The notes: a model not told the origin generated them from the letters alone. 63,902 nucleotides of DNA, filler included, from 8 parts of 8 records of this genome joined end to end with filler, not necessarily neighbours in it; one strand, 5' to 3'. Shown: positions 20,564 through 31,754, counted from the first letter of the whole stretch. Program-made: numbers and translations.

Positions 20564-21916
20564 ATGAAAATTAAAAAAATGAATAAACTAGCATTTTTAT
20601 TAATAACAGCAGCATTATTAACTTCGTGCAATAAACAGAAAACTACTCAACAAAAAGAAGTTGTTAAAATGGTAAAATATGAAGAAACTACCTTGAATGA
20701 AAATAGGGCAAGTTTAAGGTTTTCTGGTTCACTTAAACCAGCAGTTGAATCAAACTTAAGTTTCAAAATTCCTGGAACGATTGAAAAAGTTCATGTTAAG
20801 TTTGGTGATACTGTTAAAAAAGATCAACTTTTAGCCGAACTAGATAGAAGTGGATACAAGCTTCAACTTCAACAAGCGGAAGCTGCCTATGAGCAAGTAA
20901 ATGCAACTATTAGTCAAGTTGATTCTAAAATAGCTGAGGCAAAAACAGGAATTGCTCAGGCAAAAACAGGGATATTACAAGCATCATCAGCAGTTGACCA
21001 AGCAGAGGCAGCATATAGTAGAGCAGTGTCTGTAAAAGAAAATACTCAAAAAGAGTTTGAGAGATATAGAGAATTATATTTAAATGATAATATAGCTCAA
21101 AATATATTTGATAAAGCAAAGTCTGGTCTTGAACAAGCGAACTCGGCAGTAGATCAAGCAAAGGCGGCGATTGCACAATATAAAGCTAAATTATCTCAAA
21201 CAGAGGCACAATCTGAACAAGCGGAGGCTTTATTAGAACAAGCTAAAGCTGGAAAAGAAGCAGCATTAGCAAAGAAAGAATCAGTTGAAAAACAAGTTGA
21301 GTTAGCTAAACTACAACTATCATATACTGAGCTTAAAGCTCCGCTTGCTGGGACAATAGCTATTCAAATAATGGAAGTAAATGAGAATGTAAGTGCAGGT
21401 TATCCAGTATTTAGATTAGATGCAGGAGAAGAACTTGAAGCGGAAATATATGTATCTGAATCAGCAATTAACCAAATTCATATTGGAGATAAAGCAACCA
21501 TAATTGTTCCTTCAATGGACTCAATTGAAGAGGGTGTGGTAACTGAAGTTGGGAATAGAGCTACAGGTTTTGGTGGAACATACGCAATAAAAGTAAATAT
21601 TGAGAAAAATAATCCTAGTCTAAAAGCTGGAATGGCAGTGGAAGTAAAATTGAAATCAGATAAAAAAGAAAGTAATTTAACTTTACCAATTGCAGCAATA
21701 GCAGAGGGAAATAGTGGAGAGAAATTTGTATATGTAGTAGAAAATATTGAAAATGGCCAAGGCGAAATTGCTAAAAAGGAAATAGTTATTGGAAATCTAA
21801 TTAATAATAGAATTGAAATTCTATCAGGAATAGCAGAGGATGAAAAAGTTGTAACGGCAGGAATAAGCAGAGTTATAGCAGGTCAGAAAGTGAGATTATA
21901 CGAGGAGGTTGAGTAA
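20564..21916 (+). CDS. RND periplasmic adaptor (membrane fusion lipoprotein) with a long alpha-hairpin
   Basis: Lipobox LLTSC, lipoyl-like halves (GTIEKVHVKFGD; LKAPLAG), long Ala/Gln-rich coiled coil. Confidence 0.9.
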   Translation: MKIKKMNKLAFLLITAALLTSCNKQKTTQQKEVVKMVKYEETTLNENRASLRFSGSLKPAVESNLSFKIPGTIEKVHVKFGDTVKKDQLLAELDRSGYKLQLQQAEAAYEQVNATISQVDSKIAEAKTGIAQAKTGILQASSAVDQAEAAYSRAVSVKENTQKEFERYRELYLNDNIAQNIFDKAKSGLEQANSAVDQAKAAIAQYKAKLSQTEAQSEQAEALLEQAKAGKEAALAKKESVEKQVELAKLQLSYTELKAPLAGTIAIQIMEVNENVSAGYPVFRLDAGEELEAEIYVSESAINQIHIGDKATIIVPSMDSIEEGVVTEVGNRATGFGGTYAIKVNIEKNNPSLKAGMAVEVKLKSDKKESNLTLPIAAIAEGNSGEKFVYVVENIENGQGEIAKKEIVIGNLINNRIEILSGIAEDEKVVTAGISRVIAGQKVRLYEEVE

Positions 21917-24900
21917 ATGAAATTAACGGCTTTAGCTTTAAGGAATAAAATCGTTGCATTTACAATAATCGGCTTAGCAGTTCTTGGTGGATTTAAAGCA
22001 TATCTTGGAATGCCAAAAGCAGAGAACCCAGGATTTACTATTAGGAGTGCAATGATCGTAACATACTTTCCAGGAGGAAGTCCTGAAAAAGTAGAGGAAT
22101 TAGTTAGTGATAAAATAGAAGAAGCAGTTAGAGAAATGCCTGAAATAATCGAAGTAAAGAGTACCAGTAAAAATGGATTTTCAATGTTACTTGTAAAAGT
22201 TTCAAATGAATATAAAGAGATGAGGCCTATATGGGATAAACTTCGAAGAAAAGTTGACGGAATTAGAACGCTTCCATCAAATGTAATAGGACCATTTATT
22301 AATGATGAATTTGGTGATGTATATGGAACTATCATTGGAGTATCGGGAGAAGATTATTCATACAAGGAACTTGAAAATATAGTCCAAGTGATGAAAGATG
22401 AGCTTTTAACTACAGAAAATGTAGCAAAAGTAGAACTAATAGGGGTACAAGATGAGAGAATATTTATTGAGTACAAAAATGATAAATTAGCTCAAATTGG
22501 ACTATCACCGTATCAGCTTCAAGCTATACTAGGAGCTACAAATATAGTAATTCCTGGAGGGACAGTTTATATTGACGGAGAGATACTAGCTTTAGAGCCT
22601 ACAGGTAATTTTAACACAATAGAAGATTTAAAAAGAACTGTTATAAGTGTACCAAACTCAAATATGCTATTCTACTTAGAGGATATTGCTGATATTAAAA
22701 GAGGTTATGTAGATCCAGCAAGTAAAAAGTTTAGAGCAAGTAACAAATCAGCATTAGCCCTTTCTATATCTATGAAAGATGGCGGAAATATAATTGAAAT
22801 GGGAGAAGAGATAAGAGAAAAGCTAGCTTATTTTAATGAAATAACACCTATAGGTGTAGATACAGAGTTAATTTCTTTTCAACCAGAAATTGTTGATGAT
22901 AAAGTAACAAGTTTTGCGGCATCACTTATACAAAGTATTATAACAGTGATGATAGTACTGCTTGTATTCCTTGGACTAAGAACAGGAGTAATAGTAGCAA
23001 CAATGATTCCAGTAATCATACTTGTAACATTTCTACTAATGTCAGTATTCGGAGTAATGGTTGAGCAAGTATCACTTGCCGCTTTAATCATTGCACTTGG
23101 GATGTTAGTGGATAATTCAATAGTAGTATCAGAGAGTATAATGGTTAAAATGGAGCATGGTAAAGAACCAGAACCAGCAGCAATAGAAGCAGCAAAGGAA
23201 CTAGTATTACCACTATTAATTTCGTCACTTACGACTTGTAGTGCATTTTTACCAATTGCACTTGCTAAATCAAATGTTGGTGAGTTTTGTCTATCACTAT
23301 TCCAAGTAGTAACGATGACTTTACTAAGTTCATGGTTGTTAGCGTTAACATTAGTGCCACTGCTATGTGTATTATTCCTTAAAGTTGAAAAAAAGGATGA
23401 AACATTTAGTACACCCTTTTATAAAATATATAGAGGAACTCTAATAACACTATTAAAAAATAAATATCTTTCATTAGTTGCCCTAATTGGAGCGGTAGCT
23501 TTAGGAGCTAATCTAATGCTAAAAGTACCATTCGTCTTTATGCCAAAATCAGATAAAGCTATAATGACTGCTGAAATTAGGTTTCCTGGTGGTAACTCAT
23601 TTAAGAAAACAGAAGCTGCTATAATAAAAATGGATGAGTTTATTGAAAAGGAACTAAAGGTGTCAGGAGAAGAGAAAAAAGTAGGGGTATTAAAACAGCT
23701 ACTTACAGGTGGAACAGTAAAAGAATATAAAGAAGAAGGAGTATTAAACTGGGGTTCATTTATGGGTGAATCAGCTCCTAGATTCTATCTGTCATTTACA
23801 CCTGAAGCACCATCGCCAGAATATGGATATATGATAATAAATACAACATCTGCAGAAGAGATTGCAAATGTTAAAGTGAAATTAGAAGAGTTCGTAATTA
23901 ATAACTTCCCTGACATGGAGATATCAATTAATACTCTAGAGATAGGGCCTCCAGTTGGAAAACCTATACAAGTTAGAATTAAAGGAAAAGATCAACAAAA
24001 GCTACTTGAAATTAACGAACAAGTTAAAGCAAAACTTAGAGAAGTTGAAGGAACAAAAAATGTAAGTGATAACTGGGGATTAAAATCTAAAAAAGTTGTA
24101 GTGGATATTAATCAAGTTAAATCAAGAAAATCTGGTTTAACAAGTCAAGATATTGCTGGTTCACTTTATACTATGATTGATGGATATACAATTAGTAAAT
24201 ATATTGAAGGAACTGATTTAATTCCAATTGTATTGAAATCAAAAGAGGGGAAATCAAATGATTTTAATGATATACAAAACTCTAAAATTTATGCATTAAG
24301 AGATGGGAAATCAACGAATCTAAGCCAAGTTGCCGATATGAAATTTGAATGGCAACAACCTGTAATATATAGGAAAGATGGCTATAAGACAATTACGGCT
24401 AGTGCAGATATTTATGACGGATATAATGCGATAAAGTTAATTAAGGCGGATGTTATACCGTGGTTAGAAGAGCAAGAAAAAGAATGGGGATATGGCTACT
24501 CATTCGAAATAGGTGGGGAACTTGAAACAACTAGAGAAAATGTTTCATCAATTATCAAAGTACTTCCTATAGCTGGAATGATAATCCTGCTACTACTTGT
24601 GATGCAATTTAACTCATATAAAAAGGTTGCGATTATATTAGTTCAAGTACCATTTATTATAATTCCAGTGGCATTATCGATCCACATATCTGGTAGAACT
24701 TTTGGATTTATGCCAATGTTAGGATTCATAGCACTAATGGGAATAACTATTAATACTGCTATAGTATTAATGGATAGAATAAATATGGAGATGGAAAGAG
24801 GAATGGATCTACATGAAGCGATTGTAGAATCTTGTCAAGCCAGATTCAGACCGATTTTCCTTACAACAGCGACAACTATATGTGGACTTATTCCATTATG

Positions 24901-25066
24901 GTTAACAGGAGGGCCATTATTCTCTACAATGGCACTTGTAATGATGGCAGGATTAGCATTTGTTATTGTAATAGTATTGATGATACTACCTATAGTATTT
25001 TCCTTATTCTACAAAGTAGATTTTAAAAATTATGAATACGAAGTACATGACATAAAAAATATGTAA
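21917..25066 (+). CDS. AcrB/AcrD/AcrF family RND permease
   Basis: 1049 aa, GMLVDNSIVVSE, RFRPIFLTTATT, two large periplasmic loops. Confidence 0.93.
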   Translation: MKLTALALRNKIVAFTIIGLAVLGGFKAYLGMPKAENPGFTIRSAMIVTYFPGGSPEKVEELVSDKIEEAVREMPEIIEVKSTSKNGFSMLLVKVSNEYKEMRPIWDKLRRKVDGIRTLPSNVIGPFINDEFGDVYGTIIGVSGEDYSYKELENIVQVMKDELLTTENVAKVELIGVQDERIFIEYKNDKLAQIGLSPYQLQAILGATNIVIPGGTVYIDGEILALEPTGNFNTIEDLKRTVISVPNSNMLFYLEDIADIKRGYVDPASKKFRASNKSALALSISMKDGGNIIEMGEEIREKLAYFNEITPIGVDTELISFQPEIVDDKVTSFAASLIQSIITVMIVLLVFLGLRTGVIVATMIPVIILVTFLLMSVFGVMVEQVSLAALIIALGMLVDNSIVVSESIMVKMEHGKEPEPAAIEAAKELVLPLLISSLTTCSAFLPIALAKSNVGEFCLSLFQVVTMTLLSSWLLALTLVPLLCVLFLKVEKKDETFSTPFYKIYRGTLITLLKNKYLSLVALIGAVALGANLMLKVPFVFMPKSDKAIMTAEIRFPGGNSFKKTEAAIIKMDEFIEKELKVSGEEKKVGVLKQLLTGGTVKEYKEEGVLNWGSFMGESAPRFYLSFTPEAPSPEYGYMIINTTSAEEIANVKVKLEEFVINNFPDMEISINTLEIGPPVGKPIQVRIKGKDQQKLLEINEQVKAKLREVEGTKNVSDNWGLKSKKVVVDINQVKSRKSGLTSQDIAGSLYTMIDGYTISKYIEGTDLIPIVLKSKEGKSNDFNDIQNSKIYALRDGKSTNLSQVADMKFEWQQPVIYRKDGYKTITASADIYDGYNAIKLIKADVIPWLEEQEKEWGYGYSFEIGGELETTRENVSSIIKVLPIAGMIILLLLVMQFNSYKKVAIILVQVPFIIIPVALSIHISGRTFGFMPMLGFIALMGITINTAIVLMDRINMEMERGMDLHEAIVESCQARFRPIFLTTATTICGLIPLWLTGGPLFSTMALVMMAGLAFVIVIVLMILPIVFSLFYKVDFKNYEYEVHDIKNM

Positions 25067-25096
25067 TATAAATCACTAACTCTTTTGTTTATACCT

Positions 25097-25125
25097 AGAG
25101 GCTGGCAATTTACCAGCCTCTTTTT
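25097..25125 (+). terminator. Rho-independent terminator of the RND operon
   Basis: AGAGGCTGG / CCAGCCTCT stem followed by TTTT. Confidence 0.8.
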
Positions 25126-25250
25126 ATATAAATTTGATTATTTCAAATATATATAATTTAATGATTTTTTTTATTCAGAGGGTAAAATAAAGGAAAATAA
25201 TATTATTGAAGTAAAATAGTATGATACTAATAAAAAGGAGTTGAAACAAT

Positions 25251-26078
25251 ATGATAAAAAAATTAACTATATTATCAATTTTAGTTTTTTCTATTCTTAT
25301 GATATCTTGCGGAAAAAAAGCCACTACAACTGAGGAAAAAGAGATGAAAAAAGAAGTGCTGAAAGTTGGAATGGAGCTTAAGTGGCCACCTTTTGAGACC
25401 ATTACAGAGGATGGTAAACCTACAGGGATTAGTGTTGATGTTGCTCATGAGCTTGGCAAATACTTAGGTAGAGAGGTAGAAATAGTTGATACAGCATTTG
25501 GTTCACTAATACCAGCACTTGAAACAAATAAAATTGATATAATAATAGGATCAATGTCAATAACTGAACAAAGAGCTAAAAAAATTAATTTTTCTAAACC
25601 GTATTTTTACTTTTCTTTAATAACTTTGTTAAATAAAGAAAGCGCTATCAAAGATAAAAATGAGTTGTTTGCCAGAGAGAAAGTTAAGTTCGTAGGACCT
25701 AAAAGTTTTGTATCTCTTAGCATTCCATCTGAAAAAGCAAACCAACCAATTCTAAGAGAGTTTGATGATAAATCAAGCGCTGTCCTTGAAGTTGTCCAAG
25801 GAAAGGCAGATGCTTTTATCATAGACGCAATAGCGGCATCGGAGTTTAACATGAAATATCCAGATCAAACAGAAATTCTATGGGATCCAGTTCAACAGTC
25901 TAAAATAGGTATGGGAATGAGAAAATCTGATACTGAGTTATTAGAAAAGGTTAATAAATTTATAAGTGAATTGAATACAAATGGTGTTTATGAAAGATTA
26001 GCTAAGAAATATAATTCTACGATAGAAAAAAGTCTACCAGGGCAGACATTAGATTTTTATACAACAGCCGGCGAATAA
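25251..26078 (+). CDS. Polar amino acid ABC transporter substrate-binding lipoprotein
   Basis: Lipobox MISC, VGMELKWPPFE, SMSITEQRAKKINFSKPY (SBP family 3). Confidence 0.9.
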   Translation: MIKKLTILSILVFSILMISCGKKATTTEEKEMKKEVLKVGMELKWPPFETITEDGKPTGISVDVAHELGKYLGREVEIVDTAFGSLIPALETNKIDIIIGSMSITEQRAKKINFSKPYFYFSLITLLNKESAIKDKNELFAREKVKFVGPKSFVSLSIPSEKANQPILREFDDKSSAVLEVVQGKADAFIIDAIAASEFNMKYPDQTEILWDPVQQSKIGMGMRKSDTELLEKVNKFISELNTNGVYERLAKKYNSTIEKSLPGQTLDFYTTAGE

Positions 26079-26079
26079 G

Positions 26080-26837
26080 ATGAAAAATAAGAAATTAATT
26101 AAAGGGCTGAATTTTATTTTAGCCCTTTTTATGTTTGTATTATTTGTAGCTTTTGTAATTGCCAGACTGCCCTCTAGCAATTTTAGTTTTTCATTTTTAG
26201 AGCCATACGAGGAGTTAATTATCAGGGGATGGTTTAATACAATTGGAATAAGTATAATAGCCCTTTTTTTAGTATAATAATTGGTTTCGTTATTTATATA
26301 ATGACTATTAATACTGTTCCAATATTTAAATATTTTATTCGATATTTAGGGATAATTTTTAATGAAATCATATTTGGTTCTCCTCTTTTAGTATTTGTAT
26401 TAATCACATACTATTTTATAGGAACAGCTTTTAAATATGAGAATAGAATGGTTCTAGGTATTTCCGCCATAAGTTTCTATATGGCTCCATATATGACAAA
26501 TCTCTTCAAAGGAGCAATTGAGTCAATTGAGCAGGAGCAACATGTTGCTGCAAAGGTATTTGGCTTCACTGTTGCCCAAAAATATAGATATATAATTCTA
26601 CCTCAGATAATTAAAATAATTATGCCACCACTTGCCGGGAACTTAACATTTATAGTAAAAGGTAGTGCACTATTACACATGATTGGTTATCAAGAACTAT
26701 TTTATACTATCTCAACAGCTCAATCTCGGACATATGCATTTACTGAAGGATATTTATTGATGATGTTTTCATATTTACTAATAACGATTCCGTTAATTAG
26801 AATTACTACTCAGCTGGAAAGAAGGTATGGAAGATGA
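26080..26837 (+). CDS. Polar amino acid ABC transporter permease; frameshift in T tract near 26265-26270
   Basis: GSPLLV and EAA-like loop GAIESIEQEQHVAAKVFG. ORFs 26080-26277 and 26301-26837 fuse with one extra T. Confidence 0.85.
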
Positions 26838-27162
26838 ATTTAATCCTTGAAAATGTAAATAAGGAGTATGATAAGCAAGTTTTAAATAATATTAGTATAG
26901 AGTTAATAAACAAGAATATAATTGCAATAATAGGACCTAGTGGAGGTGGAAAATCAACGTTATTAAGGTTGTTAGCTGGAATAGAGAGAGTTAATTCTGG
27001 GAAAATAATAGTTGATGAGATAGAACTAAAAAAAGAGAATATTGAGGAGTATCATAAAAGAATTGGTTTTGTTTTTCAGAGCCATTGTTTATTTCCTCAT
27101 TTAACGGTACTCAGAAATATCACTCTTATATTAGAGAAAGTGCATGGTTTTTCGAAGAAAAA
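26834..27162 (+). CDS. Polar amino acid ABC transporter ATP-binding protein, 3' truncated
   Basis: GPSGGGKSTLLR, GFVFQS..LFPHLTVLRNI. Confidence 0.88.
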
Positions 27163-27262
27163 NNNNNNNNNNNNNNNNNNNNNNNNNNNNNNNNNNNNNN
27201 NNNNNNTTAATTAATTAANNNNNNNNNNNNNNNNNNNNNNNNNNNNNNNNNNNNNNNNNNNN
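27163..27262. other. Artificial contig spacer 4
   Basis: N44-TTAATTAATTAA-N44. Confidence 0.98.
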
Positions 27263-27343
27263 AAGTTGGACTTTTCGGGCAAGCACTATTTACCAAGTAC
27301 TTACGACTAACGAACGGCTTAGGTTAGATTTAAAGGCTTATAA

Positions 27344-28246
27344 TTACGAATTTCTTTTTAACATTTTTCGGTAATTTAATGGCGAACTTCCCACCCATTT
27401 CGAAAACGTAGATGAAAAGTGCTGCGATGAATAAAAACCACAATCGTAGGCGATATCAGTTAATTTCTTTTTAGTGGTACGTAACAATTCCTTTGCTTTT
27501 TCGAGTCGAAGAAATATAAGATAATTGGCCGGAGTATAACCGGTATTTTCTTTCACAAAGTGTGTTAACGATGTAATTCCAAGCCGACTAACTTCACTCA
27601 TTTCTTCAAGCGTCCACTTTTTTGAAAGATTCTCTTTGAGCAATGTATCGAACTCCTGAAAACGGTTTTGCGTTTTTCTGATTTGCTTATCGCGATTTTG
27701 AATGTGTCGAACCACCTGAATTAAAAAATCTTCAACTATGCTTGAAACCCGCCTTGTGTATCCAAATTCTTCTTTCTCAAGTTCGCTTTGTAATTGTACA
27801 AACAACGACTTTAAAAAATGGGCTTTTGATAGCGTATGTTTTTCATTTCCGGAAAGCACCTTTCCAATCTGTTTACATTCGTTGTGTTTCAACCCCGACC
27901 ATGCTCCCGGAACAAACTTTCCGTTCGGTAAAAATAACTGCGGTTTTAATACCACCCAGTAAATCTCGCCCAAATCGACTGCCTCGCGCGGACTGCCGTG
28001 TTTTTGCCACGGACAGGTTACAAAACCATCTCCCGGTAAAAGAGTATATTCTTTCCCTTCCACAATCCATTCGTACCGGCCTTTTATTATATAACAAATT
28101 TCAATACCTTCATTAAAATGTAAGGCCAAAGGTTTCTGGCGAATATCTTTGTATTCCTCGAAACCAAAGTCGTTGATAAAATCAAATTCATCAATTAATG
28201 CAGAGCCCGAAGCTGCCGGATGAGTTTTGGAATGAAAAAAGTGCAT
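27344..28246 (-). CDS. AraC family transcriptional regulator
   Basis: N-terminal cupin (HFNEGIEICY..PWQKHG) and C-terminal double HTH (IAYDCGFYSSQHFSSTF). Confidence 0.92.
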   Translation of the reverse strand: MHFFHSKTHPAASGSALIDEFDFINDFGFEEYKDIRQKPLALHFNEGIEICYIIKGRYEWIVEGKEYTLLPGDGFVTCPWQKHGSPREAVDLGEIYWVVLKPQLFLPNGKFVPGAWSGLKHNECKQIGKVLSGNEKHTLSKAHFLKSLFVQLQSELEKEEFGYTRRVSSIVEDFLIQVVRHIQNRDKQIRKTQNRFQEFDTLLKENLSKKWTLEEMSEVSRLGITSLTHFVKENTGYTPANYLIFLRLEKAKELLRTTKKKLTDIAYDCGFYSSQHFSSTFSKWVGSSPLNYRKMLKRNS

Positions 28247-28265
28247 TTTTATAAAATCTTTCAGT

Positions 28266-28273
28266 GCAAACTT
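28266..28273 (-). promoter_or_regulatory. Bacteroidota -7 promoter element for the araC gene
   Basis: Minus strand reads TAAGTTTG (TAnnTTTG consensus) about 20 nt before the ATG. Confidence 0.55.
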
Positions 28274-28357
28274 ATAGTATCTTTTTATTTTACAAAAACA
28301 TTTCTTTGTGAGTTAAAATTACAATCTTGCAAAAAGAATTTACTAAACTAAAAACGA

Positions 28358-29692
28358 ATGCCTAAAAACTTATATCTCTATACAATTGTAGCCGCACTTG
28401 GCGGTTTCCTTTTCGGATTCGACACTGCAGTAATTAACGGTGCCCTACCCTTCTTTCGCGAGCATTTCGAACTCGACAAAGTTATGGAAGGCTGGGCCAT
28501 GAGTTCTGCCATTTTCGGATGCATAATAGGAGCGATTGGCGTTGGCCATTTAGGCGACAAACACGGTCGCCGGTACATGCTCAAAATCACGGCTTTTCTG
28601 TTTCTAATTTCAGCAATCGGAACCGGATTTGCCGCCAACATCTCCATGTTCATTATTTTCCGAATTGTGGGAGGATTAGCAGTTGGAGGAGCATCAGTAT
28701 TATCGCCAATGTATATTTCTGAAGTAGCGCCACCAAAATACCGCGGACGACTTACCATTCTTTTCCAGTTGTCGTTAGTAGTAGGTATATTAATTGCCTT
28801 TGCCACCGACCTGGCTTTAATAAACACCGGCATTAACAACTGGCGCTGGATGTTTATGTCGGAAGGTGTGCCTGCAATTTTGTTTTTCACCCTGCTGTTT
28901 TTTGTGGGAAGAAGTCCGCGCTGGCTGGTAAAAAACGGATTATTTGAAGAAGCCCAACTGGTTATAAACCAAACCAACGCCGGAAATAACAACGACCATT
29001 TATTGGAAGAAATAAAAAATTCAATCGATTCGGAAGTAGTTGAACACATTAAGTACCTGTTTAAAAAGCCGTTTTTACGTTTGGTAATTATCGGAGTTTT
29101 AATCGGAATGTTTAACCAGTTTACCGGAATTGCAATTGTAATGATTTATTCGAGCGATATTTTTCGGGCGGCAGGATTTGGTACTGAATCGGCCATTTTA
29201 CAAACCGTAATAGTTGGTTTTACCAATCTAAGTTTCACTATTCTTGCAATGGCATTTATCGACCGGATTGGCCGCAAATTTATGCTATTGCTTGGCTCGG
29301 TTGGCATGACAATTTTTCTTGGTATTTTCTCCTATATTTTCCTGGCAGAAATTGAAGGATTTATGCCACTGGTATTTATGATTGCTTTTGTGGCCTGTTT
29401 TGCCTTTTCGCAGGGAGCAGTAGTTTGGGTGCTGTTTGCCGAAATGTTCCCTAACAACATCCGCTCGCGGGGTGTTTCCATCGGCTCATTCTCACACTGG
29501 GTATTTTACGCCTTGCTACTGTTCTTTTTCCCGGTAATTCAAAAATCATTCGCCGACAACCGCGGTATTGGATATGTATTTGCCTTTTTCGCCGTGTGTA
29601 CATTAATAAGCTTTTTCTTTTTCAAAAAATATATTGTTGAAACAAAAGGAAAGTCGCTGGAAGAATTGGAACGCGAGACTTTGCAAAATTGA
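28358..29692 (+). CDS. Sugar porter family MFS transporter
   Basis: GGFLFGFDTAVING, GDKHGRR, PMYISEVAPPKYRG, QFTGI, EMFPNNIR, ETKGKSLEELE. Confidence 0.93.
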   Translation: MPKNLYLYTIVAALGGFLFGFDTAVINGALPFFREHFELDKVMEGWAMSSAIFGCIIGAIGVGHLGDKHGRRYMLKITAFLFLISAIGTGFAANISMFIIFRIVGGLAVGGASVLSPMYISEVAPPKYRGRLTILFQLSLVVGILIAFATDLALINTGINNWRWMFMSEGVPAILFFTLLFFVGRSPRWLVKNGLFEEAQLVINQTNAGNNNDHLLEEIKNSIDSEVVEHIKYLFKKPFLRLVIIGVLIGMFNQFTGIAIVMIYSSDIFRAAGFGTESAILQTVIVGFTNLSFTILAMAFIDRIGRKFMLLLGSVGMTIFLGIFSYIFLAEIEGFMPLVFMIAFVACFAFSQGAVVWVLFAEMFPNNIRSRGVSIGSFSHWVFYALLLFFFPVIQKSFADNRGIGYVFAFFAVCTLISFFFFKKYIVETKGKSLEELERETLQN

Positions 29693-29857
29693 CAATCGTA
29701 GTTATAGTTCTACATTGAAGCGCCAACAGCGCCCAATCAATTAGTGCAATTTAGCACCAGGAACAAAAAGCCAAAAGCCGACAGCAAAGCACCTCGCTCT
29801 CTGCCCTTGGCTCTTGGCTTAAATAACATAAACAGATACATAAAAATATAAGCAGCT

Positions 29858-31557
29858 ATGAAAACAACACTGTCGATTTTTATCATAATTCTGACTGTTA
29901 ACAGCTTGACATTTGCCCAGCTAACCGATAATACAAAGCGCGAAGGAGACAAAACCGATCCGGCGATAAATCCAATTTATAATTACTATGAATGGAAAAA
30001 TAGTATCCCCGATGATTGCCCGTTTGAGAAGTCGGAAGATATTTCGAAGGTAATTTTCACAGGAAGATATGCCAATTATACAGCAGCTGATACCTGGTAT
30101 TTGCAATCGGCGAGCGATGGAAATTTATATTCCTGCTGGACGGATGGAGAAATGGATGGTTTTGCCACGAATTCAAACATCCGCTCGAATGCAGTCGGGC
30201 ACGCCAGAATTACCGGGAACAATCCTGTAAATTTAAAATTCGACAACCTTGGAAGAATGTGGGCTGGCGGAACAAACTATTATCCTTGTGTGAGTTTAAT
30301 TGTTGACAATACCTTTTACATTGGTACCTACAATGCATTTAATCACGAAGGTTATTTTAACGGATTCAGGTATTCGAAAAACTGGAATCATTACACAGCA
30401 AACACCGAATCCAACTGGCAAAATAAGTACTGGACAAATGCCATTGATAAAGACGGAAATTTCTTTAACGAAAAAGGGAAGGCGAAATTCAGAACTGTGC
30501 ATGCTGTAAATTTTGCAAAAAACAATAAATCGCACGATGGAAAAATTTATTTAAGTGCACACGGATACAGTTCAGGAAAAGGCAAAAACAACTGGGACAA
30601 AGGAGATGCTATTTATTTGTGCAGAACGCAGGCAGTTACCGATAGCATTATCTCTTCTGAAAGTTATGAGTTTTTCTCTGGATATTCAGAAAAAGGTAAA
30701 TCAACGTGGACAAAAGATGTGGAGAATGCCAAACCCATTTTAGATTGGCCAAATCATTTGGGAAGCGAGGGAATTACCTATTTCCCAAAGTTGAAGAAAT
30801 ACATTTTAATGACCTGCCGTTTAATGGAAGACGAAGAGAATTTGCCTTACAACGTAACTATTTTTGGGAAGCTGATGACATAACTGGCCCGTACAAAATC
30901 GTTCATTATATGAAAAACTGGGGCGCGCAAACCTACTTCCCAAACATCAGTTCGCAATTTATTAACGACGACGGAACAAGCGCATGGATGACCGTTGCCT
31001 GCAACTACAGTGTGCAGAACATTAATCCACACCAGTGCCGTTATGCAGCATCGATGCACGAACTTGCCTTTGTTTTAAAAGACGAGCCTTTCGAAAAAAT
31101 TAAGGAGACTCAGAAAAACATTGCTCCGTTGGCAAAAGTTACGGCAACCTCTTTTGAACCCGACAGTAAACCCGAAGCTGCAATTGATGGGATTATTGAT
31201 ACTGAAAATAAAAATATTTCGAAAGAATGGATTTCTCAGGAAGGCGAAGGCGCCATGCTAAAATTAGAGTGGGACGAAGAAAAAACCATAAATAAAATTA
31301 GATTATACGACAGTCCTGATTCTGACAGATGGACAAAGGAAGGTTATTTTGTTTTTAGCGACGGTTCTATGGAATGGATGTATGCAGCACCGGCAAATAG
31401 TGCCCTTACTCCGGCAGAGATAAGTTTTCCTGCAAAAAAAGTGAAATGGGTAAAATTTACAATAACCAAAGGCATTGCTGAAATTTCTACCACTACAACG
31501 CTCGTGCCGGGGAAAAGATTAGGCGTTTCGGAGATTGAGGTTTTTGAAGCAGAGTGA
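29858..31557 (+). CDS. Secreted protein: predicted beta-propeller (DUF4185-like) plus C-terminal discoidin/CBM32-like domain; frameshift near 30862
   Basis: Signal peptide, ADTWY..A.DGNLYS.WTDG, WEADDITGPY...GAQTYFPNI, then NIAPLAKVTATS...AAIDG...W...GVSEIEVF. One extra T in ATTTTTGGG fuses ORFs 29858-30883 and 30706-31557. Confidence 0.6.
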
Positions 31558-31616
31558 ATTCCAAAAAGAAAATAAAAATTGCTCTTTTAAATTTGAGGTA
31601 TAAATAATTTGTAAAG

Positions 31617-31656
31617 ATTAAGTGGTGATTTATTGTCAACAGAATCACCACTTAAT
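31617..31656. terminator. Hairpin, probable terminator
   Basis: ATTAAGTGGTGATT / AATCACCACTTAAT 14-bp perfect stem; no strong U tract. Confidence 0.55.
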
Positions 31657-31754
31657 CACAATCAGTCACATTTGTTTCTGTACTACTCATCTTAAATATT
31701 TTTATTCTCAAACTTTTATTCCGAATAATGTTCACAATTTCCTGCGGTATTGAA

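Noticed and set aside
27263-27290. Possible IS terminal repeat (GGACTTTTCGGGCAAGCAC) at a contig start
   Set aside because: No partner repeat or transposase is visible; the resemblance is too weak.
28378-29049. Long antisense ORFs (28378-29049, 40768-41475, 47384-47926, 8024-8497 and similar)
   Set aside because: They lie opposite well-supported genes and have no recognisable motifs; shadow ORFs.
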